The notes under the pieces: generated by a model
What the model was told of the DNA's origin: nothing
The model's input: only the letters and a program-made list of their open reading frames with translations
Database searches by the model: none
DNA from: an uncultured Verrucomicrobiae bacterium
GTDB taxonomy: Bacteria > Verrucomicrobiota > Verrucomicrobiia > Limisphaerales > UBA11358
Direction: 5' to 3'
DNA: 64,000 bases
NCBI GenBank assembly: GCA_963738175.1
Contig: CAVTVI010000011.1
Location: forward strand, 18,568-82,567
Translations under genes and position numbers: made by a program
In this document: piece by piece, positions 49,218 to 58,285 of the stretch
How the letters are laid out: each line of letters begins with the position of its first letter
How positions within the stretch are numbered: the first letter of the stretch is position 1

Positions 49218-50831
49218 TCAAATCGGTTTGTGATGGATGTTCTGGTGCGCGGCGGCGATGAAGGCCTTGAACAACGGATGCGGCTGGTGCGGCTTGCTTT
49301 GAAATTCTGGATGAAACTGGCTCGCGACAAAAAATGGATGGTCTTTCAGCTCGATGACCTCGACGAGTTTGCCGTCGGGCGAAAGGCCGCTGAACACAAA
49401 GCCGGCTTTCTCGAATTTCTCGCGATAGGCGTTGTTGAATTCGTAGCGATGACGATGTCGTTCGTGAATCACAAACGAACCGTAAAGTTCGGCGGCTCTC
49501 GAACCCATCGTGAGCTGACACGCCTGTGCGCCAAGCCGCATCGTGCCACCCTTTTTAGTGACTTTGCGCTGTTCGTCGAGCATCGCGATGACGGGATTCG
49601 GGGTGTTCAAATCAAATTCGGTCGAATGTGCTTTCGGCAATTTCAAAACATTCCGCGCAAATTCAATCGTCGCGATTTGCATTCCGAGGCAAAGTCCGAG
49701 GTAAGGAATTTTATTTTCGCGCGCATATTTTGCGGTAAGGATTTTCCCTTCGATGCCGCGTTCGCCGAATCCGCCGGGAACCAGAATTCCGCCGAGGCCG
49801 CGCAACATTTTTTCCGCGCCGTCCTTTTCGATTTCCTCGGCGTCCACCTGCACGATTTCCACGCCGCAATCGTTGCCGATGCCGCCGTGGATGATCGCCT
49901 CGTAAACCGATTTATACGCGTCCTGCAAGCCGATGTATTTTCCGACGACGCCGACGCGCACGCGATGTTGCGGCGCGATGAGTTTGCGGATGATTTCCTG
50001 CCAGTGCGCCATGTTCGCGACGGGCGTGTCGAGATGCAACAGGCGGCAGACCAGGTCGTCCACGCGCTCGCGTTGCAGCATGAGCGGCACTTCGTAAATG
50101 GAATGGTCAACGTCCTTTTCCTCGATGACGGCTTCGAGCGGCACGTTGCAGAACATGGAAATTTTCTGGCGCAATTCCTTGTCGAGCGGACGTTCGCAGC
50201 GACAAACCAGAACGTGCGGCATGATGCCGATTTCGCGCAGCTTGGCGACGGATTGCTGCGTCGGTTTCGTTTTCAATTCGCCGGCGGCCCTGATGAACGG
50301 CACATACGTGACGTGCATGAAAATCGCGTTGTTGTAGCCGACTTCGAGCGCGAACTCGCGGATGGCTTCGAGAAACGGCAGACCTTCGATGTCGCCGGTC
50401 GTGCCGCCGATTTCCGTGATGATGACGTCGGCCTTGGATTTTTCCGCGAGCGCGTGGATGCGATTTTTGATTTCGTCCGTGACGTGCGGAATGACCTGCA
50501 CCGTCTTGCCGAGATATTTTCCCTCGCGCTCGTTGTTGAGCACGGTCTGATAAACCTGGCCGCTCGTGAGATTGTTCATGCGCGTCAGCTTGACGTTCGT
50601 GAACCGCTCGTAATGGCCGAGGTCGAGGTCGGTCTCCGCGCCGTCGTCGAGCACATAAACTTCGCCGTGCTGATACGGCGACATCGTGCCGGGATCAACG
50701 TTGAGATACGGATCGAACTTTTGCAGCGCGACTTTGAGGCCGCGATTTTCGAGCAGCGTGCCGAGCGCGGCGGCCGTCAGGCCTTTGCCCAACGAACTCA
50801 CCACGCCGCCGGTTACGAATATGAATTTCAT
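49218..50831 (-). CDS. pyrG: CTP synthase
   Basis: [16 protein letters not shown], and the GATase motif GLCLGMQ with HRHRYEFN. Confidence 0.95.
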   Translation of the reverse strand: MKFIFVTGGVVSSLGKGLTAAALGTLLENRGLKVALQKFDPYLNVDPGTMSPYQHGEVYVLDDGAETDLDLGHYERFTNVKLTRMNNLTSGQVYQTVLNNEREGKYLGKTVQVIPHVTDEIKNRIHALAEKSKADVIITEIGGTTGDIEGLPFLEAIREFALEVGYNNAIFMHVTYVPFIRAAGELKTKPTQQSVAKLREIGIMPHVLVCRCERPLDKELRQKISMFCNVPLEAVIEEKDVDHSIYEVPLMLQRERVDDLVCRLLHLDTPVANMAHWQEIIRKLIAPQHRVRVGVVGKYIGLQDAYKSVYEAIIHGGIGNDCGVEIVQVDAEEIEKDGAEKMLRGLGGILVPGGFGERGIEGKILTAKYARENKIPYLGLCLGMQIATIEFARNVLKLPKAHSTEFDLNTPNPVIAMLDEQRKVTKKGGTMRLGAQACQLTMGSRAAELYGSFVIHERHRHRYEFNNAYREKFEKAGFVFSGLSPDGKLVEVIELKDHPFFVASQFHPEFQSKPHQPHPLFKAFIAAAHQNIHHKPI

Positions 50832-50843
50832 CTTAAATTTATT

Positions 50844-50877
50844 TTAGCCACAGATTAAACACGGATGAAACACAGAT
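50844..50877 (+). repeat. 34-nt repeat copy a (TTAGCCACAGATTAAACACGGATGAAACACAGAT)
   Basis: 11-nt CACRGATGAAA periodicity. It matches copies b and c with 2-3 mismatches. Confidence 0.75.
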
Positions 50878-50883
50878 AAAAGA

Positions 50884-51246
50884 TTAACCGCTTTTTGAAA
50901 TTCCAAAAATTTTATTATGCGCTTCTTGTTTTAGCCATTCCGTCAAAATAGAAAAAGTCCAAGATATGCCTGGTTTTAGGAATGCATCTTGTGCTTTTTT
51001 CCAAATTGTATCATCGCGAGCCGCATCAAGAAAATCATGTCCAGCCCAAGTGAGTCCTGTAATGACTGCATCACTGGGCAATCCGTGTTCGTTTTTACGA
51101 ACAATTGCGTTCATTAAGCCCGCCTCGTTCAAAAGCGCAATATGATAAACTGCATCCGGTTGATCTGTTGCTAAAAATGGCGGCTTGTTATCATGAGCTT
51201 CTGCATCAAGAAGCAACTGCCTAACCATGTCCATGTCGCGTTTCAC
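50884..51246 (-). CDS. DUF2513 domain-containing protein
   Basis: MKRDMDMVRQLLLDAE N-terminus with a GTG start, and a GLTWAGHDFLDA motif. The coding sequence is low GC. Confidence 0.7.
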   Translation of the reverse strand: MKRDMDMVRQLLLDAEAHDNKPPFLATDQPDAVYHIALLNEAGLMNAIVRKNEHGLPSDAVITGLTWAGHDFLDAARDDTIWKKAQDAFLKPGISWTFSILTEWLKQEAHNKIFGISKSG

Positions 51247-51253
51247 TTTGAAA

Positions 51254-51287
51254 ATCTGTGTTCAATCCGTGTTTCATCTGTGGCTAA
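51254..51287 (-). repeat. 34-nt repeat copy b (inverted)
   Basis: Its reverse complement reads TTAGCCACAGATGAAACACGGATTGAACACAGAT. It supplies the last 11 codons of the kdsB reading frame. Confidence 0.75.
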
Positions 51288-51990
51288 AATTTGTTCCACT
51301 TTCGCCACATCTTCCGGCGCGTCCACGCCGATGCTGTCGTAATCCACTTTCACGACCGCGATCTGGATGCCGTTTTCCAGCGCGCGCAACTGTTCCAGCT
51401 TCTCCGCGTTTTCGAGCGGCGACACCGGGAATTTCACCAGCCGCAGCAGCGTTTCGCGCCGGTAACCGTAAATGCCCAGATGCTTCAAAAAAGCAAACGC
51501 CGCCAACTGTTCGCTCGTCGAACCACTGGCGGCCTCGCGCAGATACGGAATCGTGCGCCGCGAAAAATATAACGCGCGACCGGCGGCGTTGACAACAACT
51601 TTCACGACGTTCGGATTGTCCAGCTCGGCGGGATTTTTGATGCGCGTCGCGGCGGTGGACATTTCGCAATTGCGCCAAAGCGTTTGCCACGGAATCAATC
51701 ACGCTCGGCTCAATCAAAGGTTCGTCGCCTTGAATGTTCACAATTGCGTCACAAGAAATTCTTTCGGCAATCTTCCGCAATTCTGATCCGAACCACTCGG
51801 ATGTTCCGGTCGCGTCATTTCCACGCGGCAGAAATTCTGCACCACCTCCCAGATGCGTGTGTCGTCCGTCGCGACAATAATTTCAGAAAGCGATTTTGCC
51901 TTCTGGCATTGCTCGACGACATGCTTGATGAGCGGCTTGCCCGCGATGAGCGCGAGCGGCTTGCCGGGAAACCGCGTCGAAGCAAACCGC

Positions 51991-52016
51991 GCGGGGATGA
52001 TGCCAACGATTTTCAC
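51991..52016. repeat. Direct repeat, copy 1 (functional kdsB 5' end)
   Basis: GCGGGGATGATGCCAACGATTTTCAC matches 52426-52451 at 23 of 26 positions. Confidence 0.7.
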
Positions 52017-52025
52017 ACGGCACAT

Positions 52026-52059
52026 TTAGCCACAGATGAAACACGGATGAAACACAGAA
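52026..52059 (+). repeat. 34-nt repeat copy c
   Basis: TTAGCCACAGATGAAACACGGATGAAACACAGAA. It abuts the kdsB start codon. Confidence 0.75.
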
Positions 52060-52236
52060 TTGCACGAATTAAAAATCAGCCGTGTGTGGACGGGATAAGA
52101 CGGGATAATTTGAAGGATTTAGCTGTTGATGACGGGCCGAAGACACAAATCAAATTGCCCGTAATTTGAGCGTAAAGACGGAAAATTGCCGGAAAATCCG
52201 GTTCTATGAAGACCAAACAAGAGCGCGCGCCCAAGT

Positions 52237-52317
52237 TCAGTGCATTTCTTTGCGAAGCATCAGAAACGCAAAGATTAACGCTATCACAAACGGCATGGCG
52301 AATAGTATTGTGCCCAT
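52237..52317 (-). CDS. Possible 26-aa hydrophobic peptide inside the inserted block
   Basis: MGTILFAMPFVIALIFAFLMLRKEMH. It is preceded on the minus strand by TTGCAA-N16-TAATTA. There is no SD sequence and no homology evidence. Confidence 0.2.
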   Translation of the reverse strand: MGTILFAMPFVIALIFAFLMLRKEMH

Positions 52318-52425
52318 GTCTTGATAATTAGCATGAAATCTGCCAATTGCAACATTTATGTTACGATTATGTCACAATTGAGTTACCAAAAATAGGCTAG
52401 CCTGCCGGAAAGCAAGTAATACCAA

Positions 52426-52451
52426 GCGGAAATGATGCCAACGATTTGCAC
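52426..52451. repeat. Direct repeat, copy 2 (relic kdsB 5' end, 33 nt downstream of the glmS stop)
   Basis: GCGGAAATGATGCCAACGATTTGCAC. The minus strand reads VQIVGIIS, compared with VKIVGIIP in the functional copy. Confidence 0.7.
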
Positions 52452-52484
52452 GAGATAATTTTATTCGACGGTAGCTATTGTTTT

Positions 52485-54338
52485 TTATTCCACCGTCACG
52501 CTCTTGGCCAGATTTCTCGGCTTGTCCACGTCGCAGCCGCGCGCGACGGCGATGTGATACGCGAACAGTTGCAACGGCACGGTCGCCAGGATCGGATAAA
52601 TCGGTTCGAGCGCGCGCGGCAGATAAATCACATCGTTCGCGACTTTTTTAATTTGTTTGTCGCCTTCGGTTGCGAGCGCGATGATCGGGCCACGGCGCGC
52701 GCGGATCATCGCGAGGTTCGCCATCGTCTTGTCATACATCGAATCCTGCGGCACGAGAAAAACCGTCGGCGTCTTTTTATCTATCAACGCAATCGGCCCG
52801 TGCTTCATCTCCGCCGCAGAATAACCCTCGGCGTGGATGTAGGAAATTTCCTTCAACTTCAACGCGCCTTCGAGCGCGATCGGAAACGTGTAACCGCGTC
52901 CAAGAAAAAAGAAGTCGTCCGCCTTCGCATATTTCTTCGCGATTTTTTTCAGCGAATCATTTTGGACGAGCAATTTTTCGATCTGTTTCGGCACGGCTTC
53001 GAGCGCGCGCAAAATTTCCAACGCGCGCTTGGCCGGCAGATTTCGCATCCGTCCCAAATGCACGGCCAGCAATGACAAAACCGTGAGCGTCGAGACAAAC
53101 GCCTTCGTCGAGGCGACACCGATTTCCGGCCCGGCGTGCATATAAATGCCGCCGTCGGATTCGCGCGCGATGGTGCTGCCGACGACGTTGACGATGGCGA
53201 GCGCACGATGGCCGCGCCGCTTCGCCTCGCGCAACGCGGCGAGCGTATCGGCGGTTTCGCCGGATTGCGAGAGCACGAGCAGCACGGTGTCGCGTTCAAT
53301 CGGCGCGTTGCGATAACAAAATTCGTGCGCAAATTCCACTTCGACCGGAATCTGCGCGAGTTCCTCGATCAGATATTCGCCGACGAGCGCCGCGTGCCAG
53401 CTCGTGCCGCTGGCGGCGATGACGATACGTTCAATCGAACGCAATTGCGACACGCTCATGTTCAACCCGCCGAATTTCGCGGTCGCGCCTTCCGCGTCCA
53501 CGCGCCCGCGCAACGCATTTTCAATCGTGCGCGGCTGCTCGAAAATTTCCTTGAGCATGAAGTGCGCGTGCTTGCCGCGCGCGGCGTCTTCCTGTGAAAA
53601 TTCCAGATTGCTGATCTGAACGGTCGCGGTGTCCGTGCCGAGATTCAAAACGTCGAAGCGATCGCTCGTGACGGTCGCGACGTCGTAGTCGCTCAAGTAG
53701 ACGACTTTTTTCGTGTGCGCGACAATGGCGTTGGCATCGCTCGCCAGAAAATTTTCGCCCGTGCCGATGCCGATGATGAGCGGCGAACCGCGTCGCGCGC
53801 CGACAATCGTGTCCGGTTGGTCGGCGCAAATCACGGCGAGTCCGTAAGTGCCGATGACTTCGCGCAACGCATCGCAGACGGCTTTTGTTAAAGTGTCAGC
53901 GCCATTTTTGTCGCGTCGTTTCTGATAATAATCGCCGATCAAATGCGCGAGCACTTCGGTGTCGGTGTCGGATTTGAAAGTGTGTCCGGCTTTGAGCAAG
54001 CGCTGTTTGAGGGCGTCGAAATTTTCAATGACGCCATTGTGGACGACGGCGATTTTGCCGGATTGGTCGAGATGCGGATGGGAATTTTTGTCGGAAGGAA
54101 TTCCGTGCGTGGCCCAGCGCGTGTGGCCGATGCCGAGATTTCCCGCGACCGGCTCGGATTTCAAAAGTCGCGCGAGACCTTCTTCAATTTTCCCTTTTTT
54201 CTTGCGGACAAGCACGCTGCCATCGTGCAACAACGCCACGCCCGCGCTGTCGTAACCGCGATATTCCAGCCGCCGCAATCCTTCAAGCAGGATGGGCGAG
54301 GCCGATTTTTTTCCGACAAATCCAATGATGCCGCACAT
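52485..54338 (-). CDS. glmS: Glutamine--fructose-6-phosphate aminotransferase
   Basis: MCGIIGFVG N-terminal nucleophile, two SIS domains, and the C-terminal NLAKSVTVE. Confidence 0.95.
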   Translation of the reverse strand: MCGIIGFVGKKSASPILLEGLRRLEYRGYDSAGVALLHDGSVLVRKKKGKIEEGLARLLKSEPVAGNLGIGHTRWATHGIPSDKNSHPHLDQSGKIAVVHNGVIENFDALKQRLLKAGHTFKSDTDTEVLAHLIGDYYQKRRDKNGADTLTKAVCDALREVIGTYGLAVICADQPDTIVGARRGSPLIIGIGTGENFLASDANAIVAHTKKVVYLSDYDVATVTSDRFDVLNLGTDTATVQISNLEFSQEDAARGKHAHFMLKEIFEQPRTIENALRGRVDAEGATAKFGGLNMSVSQLRSIERIVIAASGTSWHAALVGEYLIEELAQIPVEVEFAHEFCYRNAPIERDTVLLVLSQSGETADTLAALREAKRRGHRALAIVNVVGSTIARESDGGIYMHAGPEIGVASTKAFVSTLTVLSLLAVHLGRMRNLPAKRALEILRALEAVPKQIEKLLVQNDSLKKIAKKYAKADDFFFLGRGYTFPIALEGALKLKEISYIHAEGYSAAEMKHGPIALIDKKTPTVFLVPQDSMYDKTMANLAMIRARRGPIIALATEGDKQIKKVANDVIYLPRALEPIYPILATVPLQLFAYHIAVARGCDVDKPRNLAKSVTVE

Positions 54339-54343
54339 ATTTT

Positions 54344-54437
54344 ATGAATCGTTAAATTGTTAAATCGTTGCATCGTGAAAATGTTCTTGCCGCAGCGTTG
54401 AAGACGATTCAACGATTCAACGATTCACGATGTAACG
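54344..54437. repeat. Inverted pair of CAACGATT-type repeat blocks
   Basis: ATGAATCGTTAAATTGTTAAATCGTTGCATCGTGAA faces GATTCAACGATTCAACGATTCACGATGTAACG. The right arm encodes the last residues and the stop of gmhB. Confidence 0.65.
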
Positions 54438-54975
54438 CACCCAAAATCCACTCCGCCGCGCCGCTCAAATTGTCCACGATTACAGCGCTGGCGAATTTGT
54501 CCGCCGCCGCGCGTTCGGTTTCCGCGCCGTAGCCGGTGCGCACGAGAATACTTTTTTTCACGCCCGCGTTCCAGCCGCATTCCAGATCAATCAGCTTGTC
54601 GCCGACCATGAAGCTTTCCGCGAGGTTCAAATCAAATTCATCCCGCGCATCAAATAAAAACTGCGGCGACGGCTTGCGTCCGCGGCTCGGCTGGCCGGGC
54701 GCTTCGGGCGCGATGTAAATTTTCTCAAAGCGGATTCCTTCGCGCATCAGTTCGCGGCCAAGATGCTCGTTGACGCGGTCAACATCGGCAAGCGTGAAGT
54801 AGCCGCGCCCGACGCCGGACTGGTTCGAGACGATGAACAGCTTGAAGCCCGCGTCCGACAATTTATTCAGCGCGCGGCACGCGCCGGGAAAAATTTCCAC
54901 ATGCTCCGGACGGCGCAAATAATTTTTCTCCACGATGAGCGTGCCATCGCGGTCAAGGAAAACAGCCCGATTCAT
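54409..54975 (-). CDS. gmhB: D-glycero-D-manno-heptose 1,7-bisphosphate phosphatase-like HAD-IIIA hydrolase
   Basis: FLDRDGTL, IVSNQSGVGRGYF and MVGDKLIDLE motifs. Confidence 0.8.
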   Translation of the reverse strand: MNRAVFLDRDGTLIVEKNYLRRPEHVEIFPGACRALNKLSDAGFKLFIVSNQSGVGRGYFTLADVDRVNEHLGRELMREGIRFEKIYIAPEAPGQPSRGRKPSPQFLFDARDEFDLNLAESFMVGDKLIDLECGWNAGVKKSILVRTGYGAETERAAADKFASAVIVDNLSGAAEWILGALHRESLNR

Positions 54976-55082
54976 TCCGGCAAATTGTGGTTGGATTATG
55001 GCAAGAATGGAATTGAATTCTTTTCCCGGCTCGCGCATCCTGCGGCGTTCTCGTATTCAACCAGCAACCAAAAGCATTTTAC

Positions 55083-56369
55083 ATGAGCAAAGGCAGATTG
55101 GGAATTTTGGTCGGCGGCGGCCCGGCACCCGGACTCAACGGCGTCATTGCGGCGGCCACGATTGAAGGCATCAACCAGGGCTACGAAGTCATCGGCTTCC
55201 GCGACGGCTTCAAACATATCTCGACGGGCGACACGACGCAGATCAAGCCGCTGGCCATCCGCGACGTGCGCGACATTCATCTAAAGGGCGGCTCGATTCT
55301 CGGCACCGCGCGCACGAATCCGACGAAATCCGAGGAACACATGAAAAATCTTTTCATGGTGTTCCACAAACTAGGCATTACCGCGCTCGTGACCATTGGC
55401 GGCGACGACACGGCGTTTTCCGCCAGCGTCGTCCGCAAGCGCAGCAATGGCGACATCAAGGTCGCGCACGTTCCGAAGACGATTGACAACGATTTACCGC
55501 TGCCGGGAACTGCGCCGACATTCGGCTACGAAACCGCGCGGCATTACGGCGTGCAGATTGTCCGTAATTTGATCGAAGACGCGCGCACCACCTCGCGCTG
55601 GTACCTCATCATCAGCATGGGCCGCGCGGCGGGACATCTCGCGCTGGGCATCGGCAAGGCCGCCGCCGCCACCCTTTCCATCATCTCGGAGGAGTTTCGC
55701 GGCCGGCCCGTCACGGTGGACGAAGTCTGCGACATCATTATCGGCTCCATCATCAAGCGCAAAGCCGAAGGCTCCCAATACGGTCTCGTCGTCCTCGCGG
55801 AAGGCTTGATTGAATCGCTGGGTGAGCAGGGTCTCATCAAGGCGCTGCCCGGCGGACAGCTCGAACGTTTTGGCAAGGTCATCCGCGACGACCACGGCCA
55901 TCTGCGTCTGGGCGAAATTGAATTTGGCCGCCTGATGAAGGAGCTGTTGACACAGCGCCTCGAAAAGCTCGGCATCAAAATGACTTTCATTGACAAAGAT
56001 CTTGGTTACGAACTGCGTTGCGCCGACCCGATTCCGTTCGACGCCGAATACACGCGCGACCTCGGCTACGCCGCGGTGAAATTTTTGCTCTCGCCCGAAT
56101 CCGACAAATACGGCGCGATCATCAGCTTCGTGGACGGCAAGATGAACCCGCTGCCGTTCGACGATATGCTCGACCCGAAAACCGGTCGCATGCAAAACCG
56201 CAAGGTCAATGTGGACGGCGAAGCCTTTGAATGCGCCCAAGCCTATATGATCCGCCTCGAACGCGAGGATTTTGATGACGCCCGGCAGCTTGGCAAACTC
56301 GCCGCCGTAATCAACATGACGCCGGAACTGTTCCGCGCCCGTTTCGGCTATTTGGTCGGGGTCAAATAA
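55083..56369 (+). CDS. pfp: 6-phosphofructokinase, probably pyrophosphate-dependent
   Basis: GGGPAPGLN is present. It has GGDDT rather than GGDGS, and PKTIDND rather than PGTIDND. Both are the residue signatures associated with PPi-dependent enzymes. Confidence 0.85.
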   Translation: MSKGRLGILVGGGPAPGLNGVIAAATIEGINQGYEVIGFRDGFKHISTGDTTQIKPLAIRDVRDIHLKGGSILGTARTNPTKSEEHMKNLFMVFHKLGITALVTIGGDDTAFSASVVRKRSNGDIKVAHVPKTIDNDLPLPGTAPTFGYETARHYGVQIVRNLIEDARTTSRWYLIISMGRAAGHLALGIGKAAAATLSIISEEFRGRPVTVDEVCDIIIGSIIKRKAEGSQYGLVVLAEGLIESLGEQGLIKALPGGQLERFGKVIRDDHGHLRLGEIEFGRLMKELLTQRLEKLGIKMTFIDKDLGYELRCADPIPFDAEYTRDLGYAAVKFLLSPESDKYGAIISFVDGKMNPLPFDDMLDPKTGRMQNRKVNVDGEAFECAQAYMIRLEREDFDDARQLGKLAAVINMTPELFRARFGYLVGVK

Positions 56370-56385
56370 AATTCGTTTAATCAAC

Positions 56386-56421
56386 GGTGGCCGGAAATAA
56401 TTTCCGCCGCCGCTTTTTTAT
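56386..56421 (+). terminator. Rho-independent terminator after pfp
   Basis: GGTGGCCGGAAATAATTTCCGCCGCC stem-loop followed by GCTTTTTTAT. Confidence 0.6.
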
Positions 56422-56508
56422 TTGATCCGTTCAACGGGAACAAACGGCTTCGTCCCGCTTCCCATTCATTGAAGTGGCGTGCGGACAAACCGCGCGCTAG
56501 AATCATTC

Positions 56509-57567
56509 ATGTTTATCGTCGGACTTGGAACCGCCGCCCCGCCGCAACGTTTCGCCCAGTGCGACAGTTGGGACGCGGTCCAAAACTCCGCGCAATTTCC
56601 AAAGCTCAAGCCGCGTTCCCGCGCCATCCTGAAAAAAGTCCTCTGCGGCGACAACGGCATCGAAGCGCGACATCTGGCGCTCGAACCGCTCATGGAAGTT
56701 TTCGATTTGACGCCCGATGTTTTGCAAGCCCGCTTTGCCCGACACGCGCCCGCGTTGGCGACGCAAGCTGCAAAGCGCGCGCTGAAAAATGCGAGTTGTC
56801 AGCCGCAAGAAATTGACGCCATCCTCATCAGCACTTGCACCGGCTATCTGTGCCCCGGACTTACGAGCTACGTCAGCGAACAACTTGGCTTGCGCGAAAA
56901 TGTTTTCACGCTTGACCTTGTCGGTCAGGGCTGCGGCGCGGCGTTGCCGAATCTGCGCGCCGCTGAAGCCATCCTTACCGCCAATCGCGCAAAAAAAGTT
57001 TTGTCCATCTGCGTCGAAGTTTGCAGCGCGGCCTTTTTTCTCGATGATGATCCCGGCGTTTTGATCAGCGCGTGTCTGTTTGGCGACGGCGCAGGGGCGG
57101 CGGTTTTGTCGAATGAACCGTCCAAAAAAAATCGCCGCGTCGAATGGAAATTCGGCTCGTCCTGTCTCGCGCCGGAAAAACGCGAATCGCTGCGCTTCGG
57201 TCACAAGAACGGAATGTTGAGGAATATTCTTTTGCCGCAAGTTCCGCAAATCGCCGGCGAGGCAGCCGCCAAATTATTTTCCGAATCGCTCGCCGCCGCA
57301 AAAATCAAGCGCGAAAAAATCACCGGCTGGATTTTGCATACCGGCGGGCGCGACGTGATTTTGTCATTGCGCGACAAGCTCAAATTGACCGAGGCCGACG
57401 TTCGCCACAGCGCCGCCATCCTGCGCGAATTCGGCAACATCAGCAGCCCGACCGTTTACTTCGTGCTCGAACGCGCGCTGCACGACACCGTGCCCGACGG
57501 CCTCTGGTGGATGTGTTCGTTCGGCGCGGGCTTCAGTTGCCATGGCGCATTATTGGAAGTCGGATAA
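56509..57567 (+). CDS. Type III polyketide synthase (chalcone/stilbene synthase family)
   Basis: Cys-His-Asn triad contexts are present (LVGQGCGAAL, ILHTGGRDVI, FGNISSPTV). Length is 352 aa. Confidence 0.85.
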   Translation: MFIVGLGTAAPPQRFAQCDSWDAVQNSAQFPKLKPRSRAILKKVLCGDNGIEARHLALEPLMEVFDLTPDVLQARFARHAPALATQAAKRALKNASCQPQEIDAILISTCTGYLCPGLTSYVSEQLGLRENVFTLDLVGQGCGAALPNLRAAEAILTANRAKKVLSICVEVCSAAFFLDDDPGVLISACLFGDGAGAAVLSNEPSKKNRRVEWKFGSSCLAPEKRESLRFGHKNGMLRNILLPQVPQIAGEAAAKLFSESLAAAKIKREKITGWILHTGGRDVILSLRDKLKLTEADVRHSAAILREFGNISSPTVYFVLERALHDTVPDGLWWMCSFGAGFSCHGALLEVG

Positions 57568-57609
57568 ATTTTTATTGGTGGGGCGAACGTCCCCGCAAGC
57601 CGCAATTAA

Positions 57610-58284
57610 ATGAAACGCATTGTCCAACCTGAAATTCTCGACACGCTGCCGCCGGACGATCCGCGTGCACTGCGTTCCCGCCGCGATTTGAGCCGCGTCA
57701 ATTCGTGGATGCGCAACCATTCAATGATGGCGGACGCGCTGAAAAATAATCTGAACGGCCAGACGCCAAAAAAAATCATCGAACTCGGCGCGGGCGACGG
57801 GAATTTTTTGTTGCGCGTCGCGGAGAAACTGGATTGGCAAGACACCGGTGCCGTTTTGCTCGATCTTCAAAAAAATGTTTCCGCCGACACGCTGGCCGAA
57901 TTTTCAAAAATCAATTGGCGCGCGGAAGCCGTCGTCGCCGACGTTTTTGACTGGAACGGCGAGGCTGAAATTGTCCTCGCGAACCTGTTTCTGCACCATT
58001 TTGAAAACCCGCAGCTCGCGCGACTGCTCCAAAAAATTTCCGAACGCGCAAAATTATTCATCGCCGTCGAGCCGAACCGCTTTCCTCATCCAGCCGCATG
58101 CGGCCGGTTGCTTTGGCTCATTGGCTGCAATTCCGTGACGCGCCACGACGCCGTCGTCAGTGTTCGCGCCGGGTTTTCCGACAGCGAACTTTCCGCGCTC
58201 TGGCCGGACAAAAAAAACTGGCGGTTGACCGAGCGCCGCGCCGGGCTGTTCAGTCATTTGTTCATCGCGCAAAAAATTTCCTGA
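57610..58284 (+). CDS. Class I SAM-dependent methyltransferase
   Basis: Motif I IIELGAGDGNF. The N-terminal ILDTLPPDDPRALRSRRDL segment is seen in PKS-linked methyltransferases. Confidence 0.75.
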   Translation: MKRIVQPEILDTLPPDDPRALRSRRDLSRVNSWMRNHSMMADALKNNLNGQTPKKIIELGAGDGNFLLRVAEKLDWQDTGAVLLDLQKNVSADTLAEFSKINWRAEAVVADVFDWNGEAEIVLANLFLHHFENPQLARLLQKISERAKLFIAVEPNRFPHPAACGRLLWLIGCNSVTRHDAVVSVRAGFSDSELSALWPDKKNWRLTERRAGLFSHLFIAQKIS

Positions 58285-58285
58285 A

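Larger units (their letters stand above)
51243..52025 (-). pseudogene. kdsB: 3-deoxy-manno-octulosonate cytidylyltransferase with two frameshifts (about 51785 and about 51700)
   Basis: IIPARFASTRFPGKPL...VATDD...HPSGSD is in frame a. CDAIVNIQGDEPLIEP is in frame b. NPNVVKVV...ALYFSR...LGIYGYR...LEQLRALENG is in frame c. Confidence 0.85.

Noticed and set aside
48636-50858. 740-aa ORF on the plus strand, plus similar long ORFs at 45666-47096, 3762-5099 (minus), 16224-17195 (minus), 60420-61295 (minus) and 62151-63014 (minus).
   Set aside because: They run antisense to clearly recognisable genes (pyrG/folC, sdhA, tyrA/aroA, ugd, clpC). They have Arg/Ala/Gly-rich low-complexity translations typical of shadow ORFs in GC-rich coding DNA. 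They carry no recognisable motifs.
54339-54408. Possible glmS ribozyme upstream of glmS.
   Set aside because: The region is occupied by the CAACGATT repeat pair. I could not recognise a ribozyme core, and the element is not expected in this lineage.
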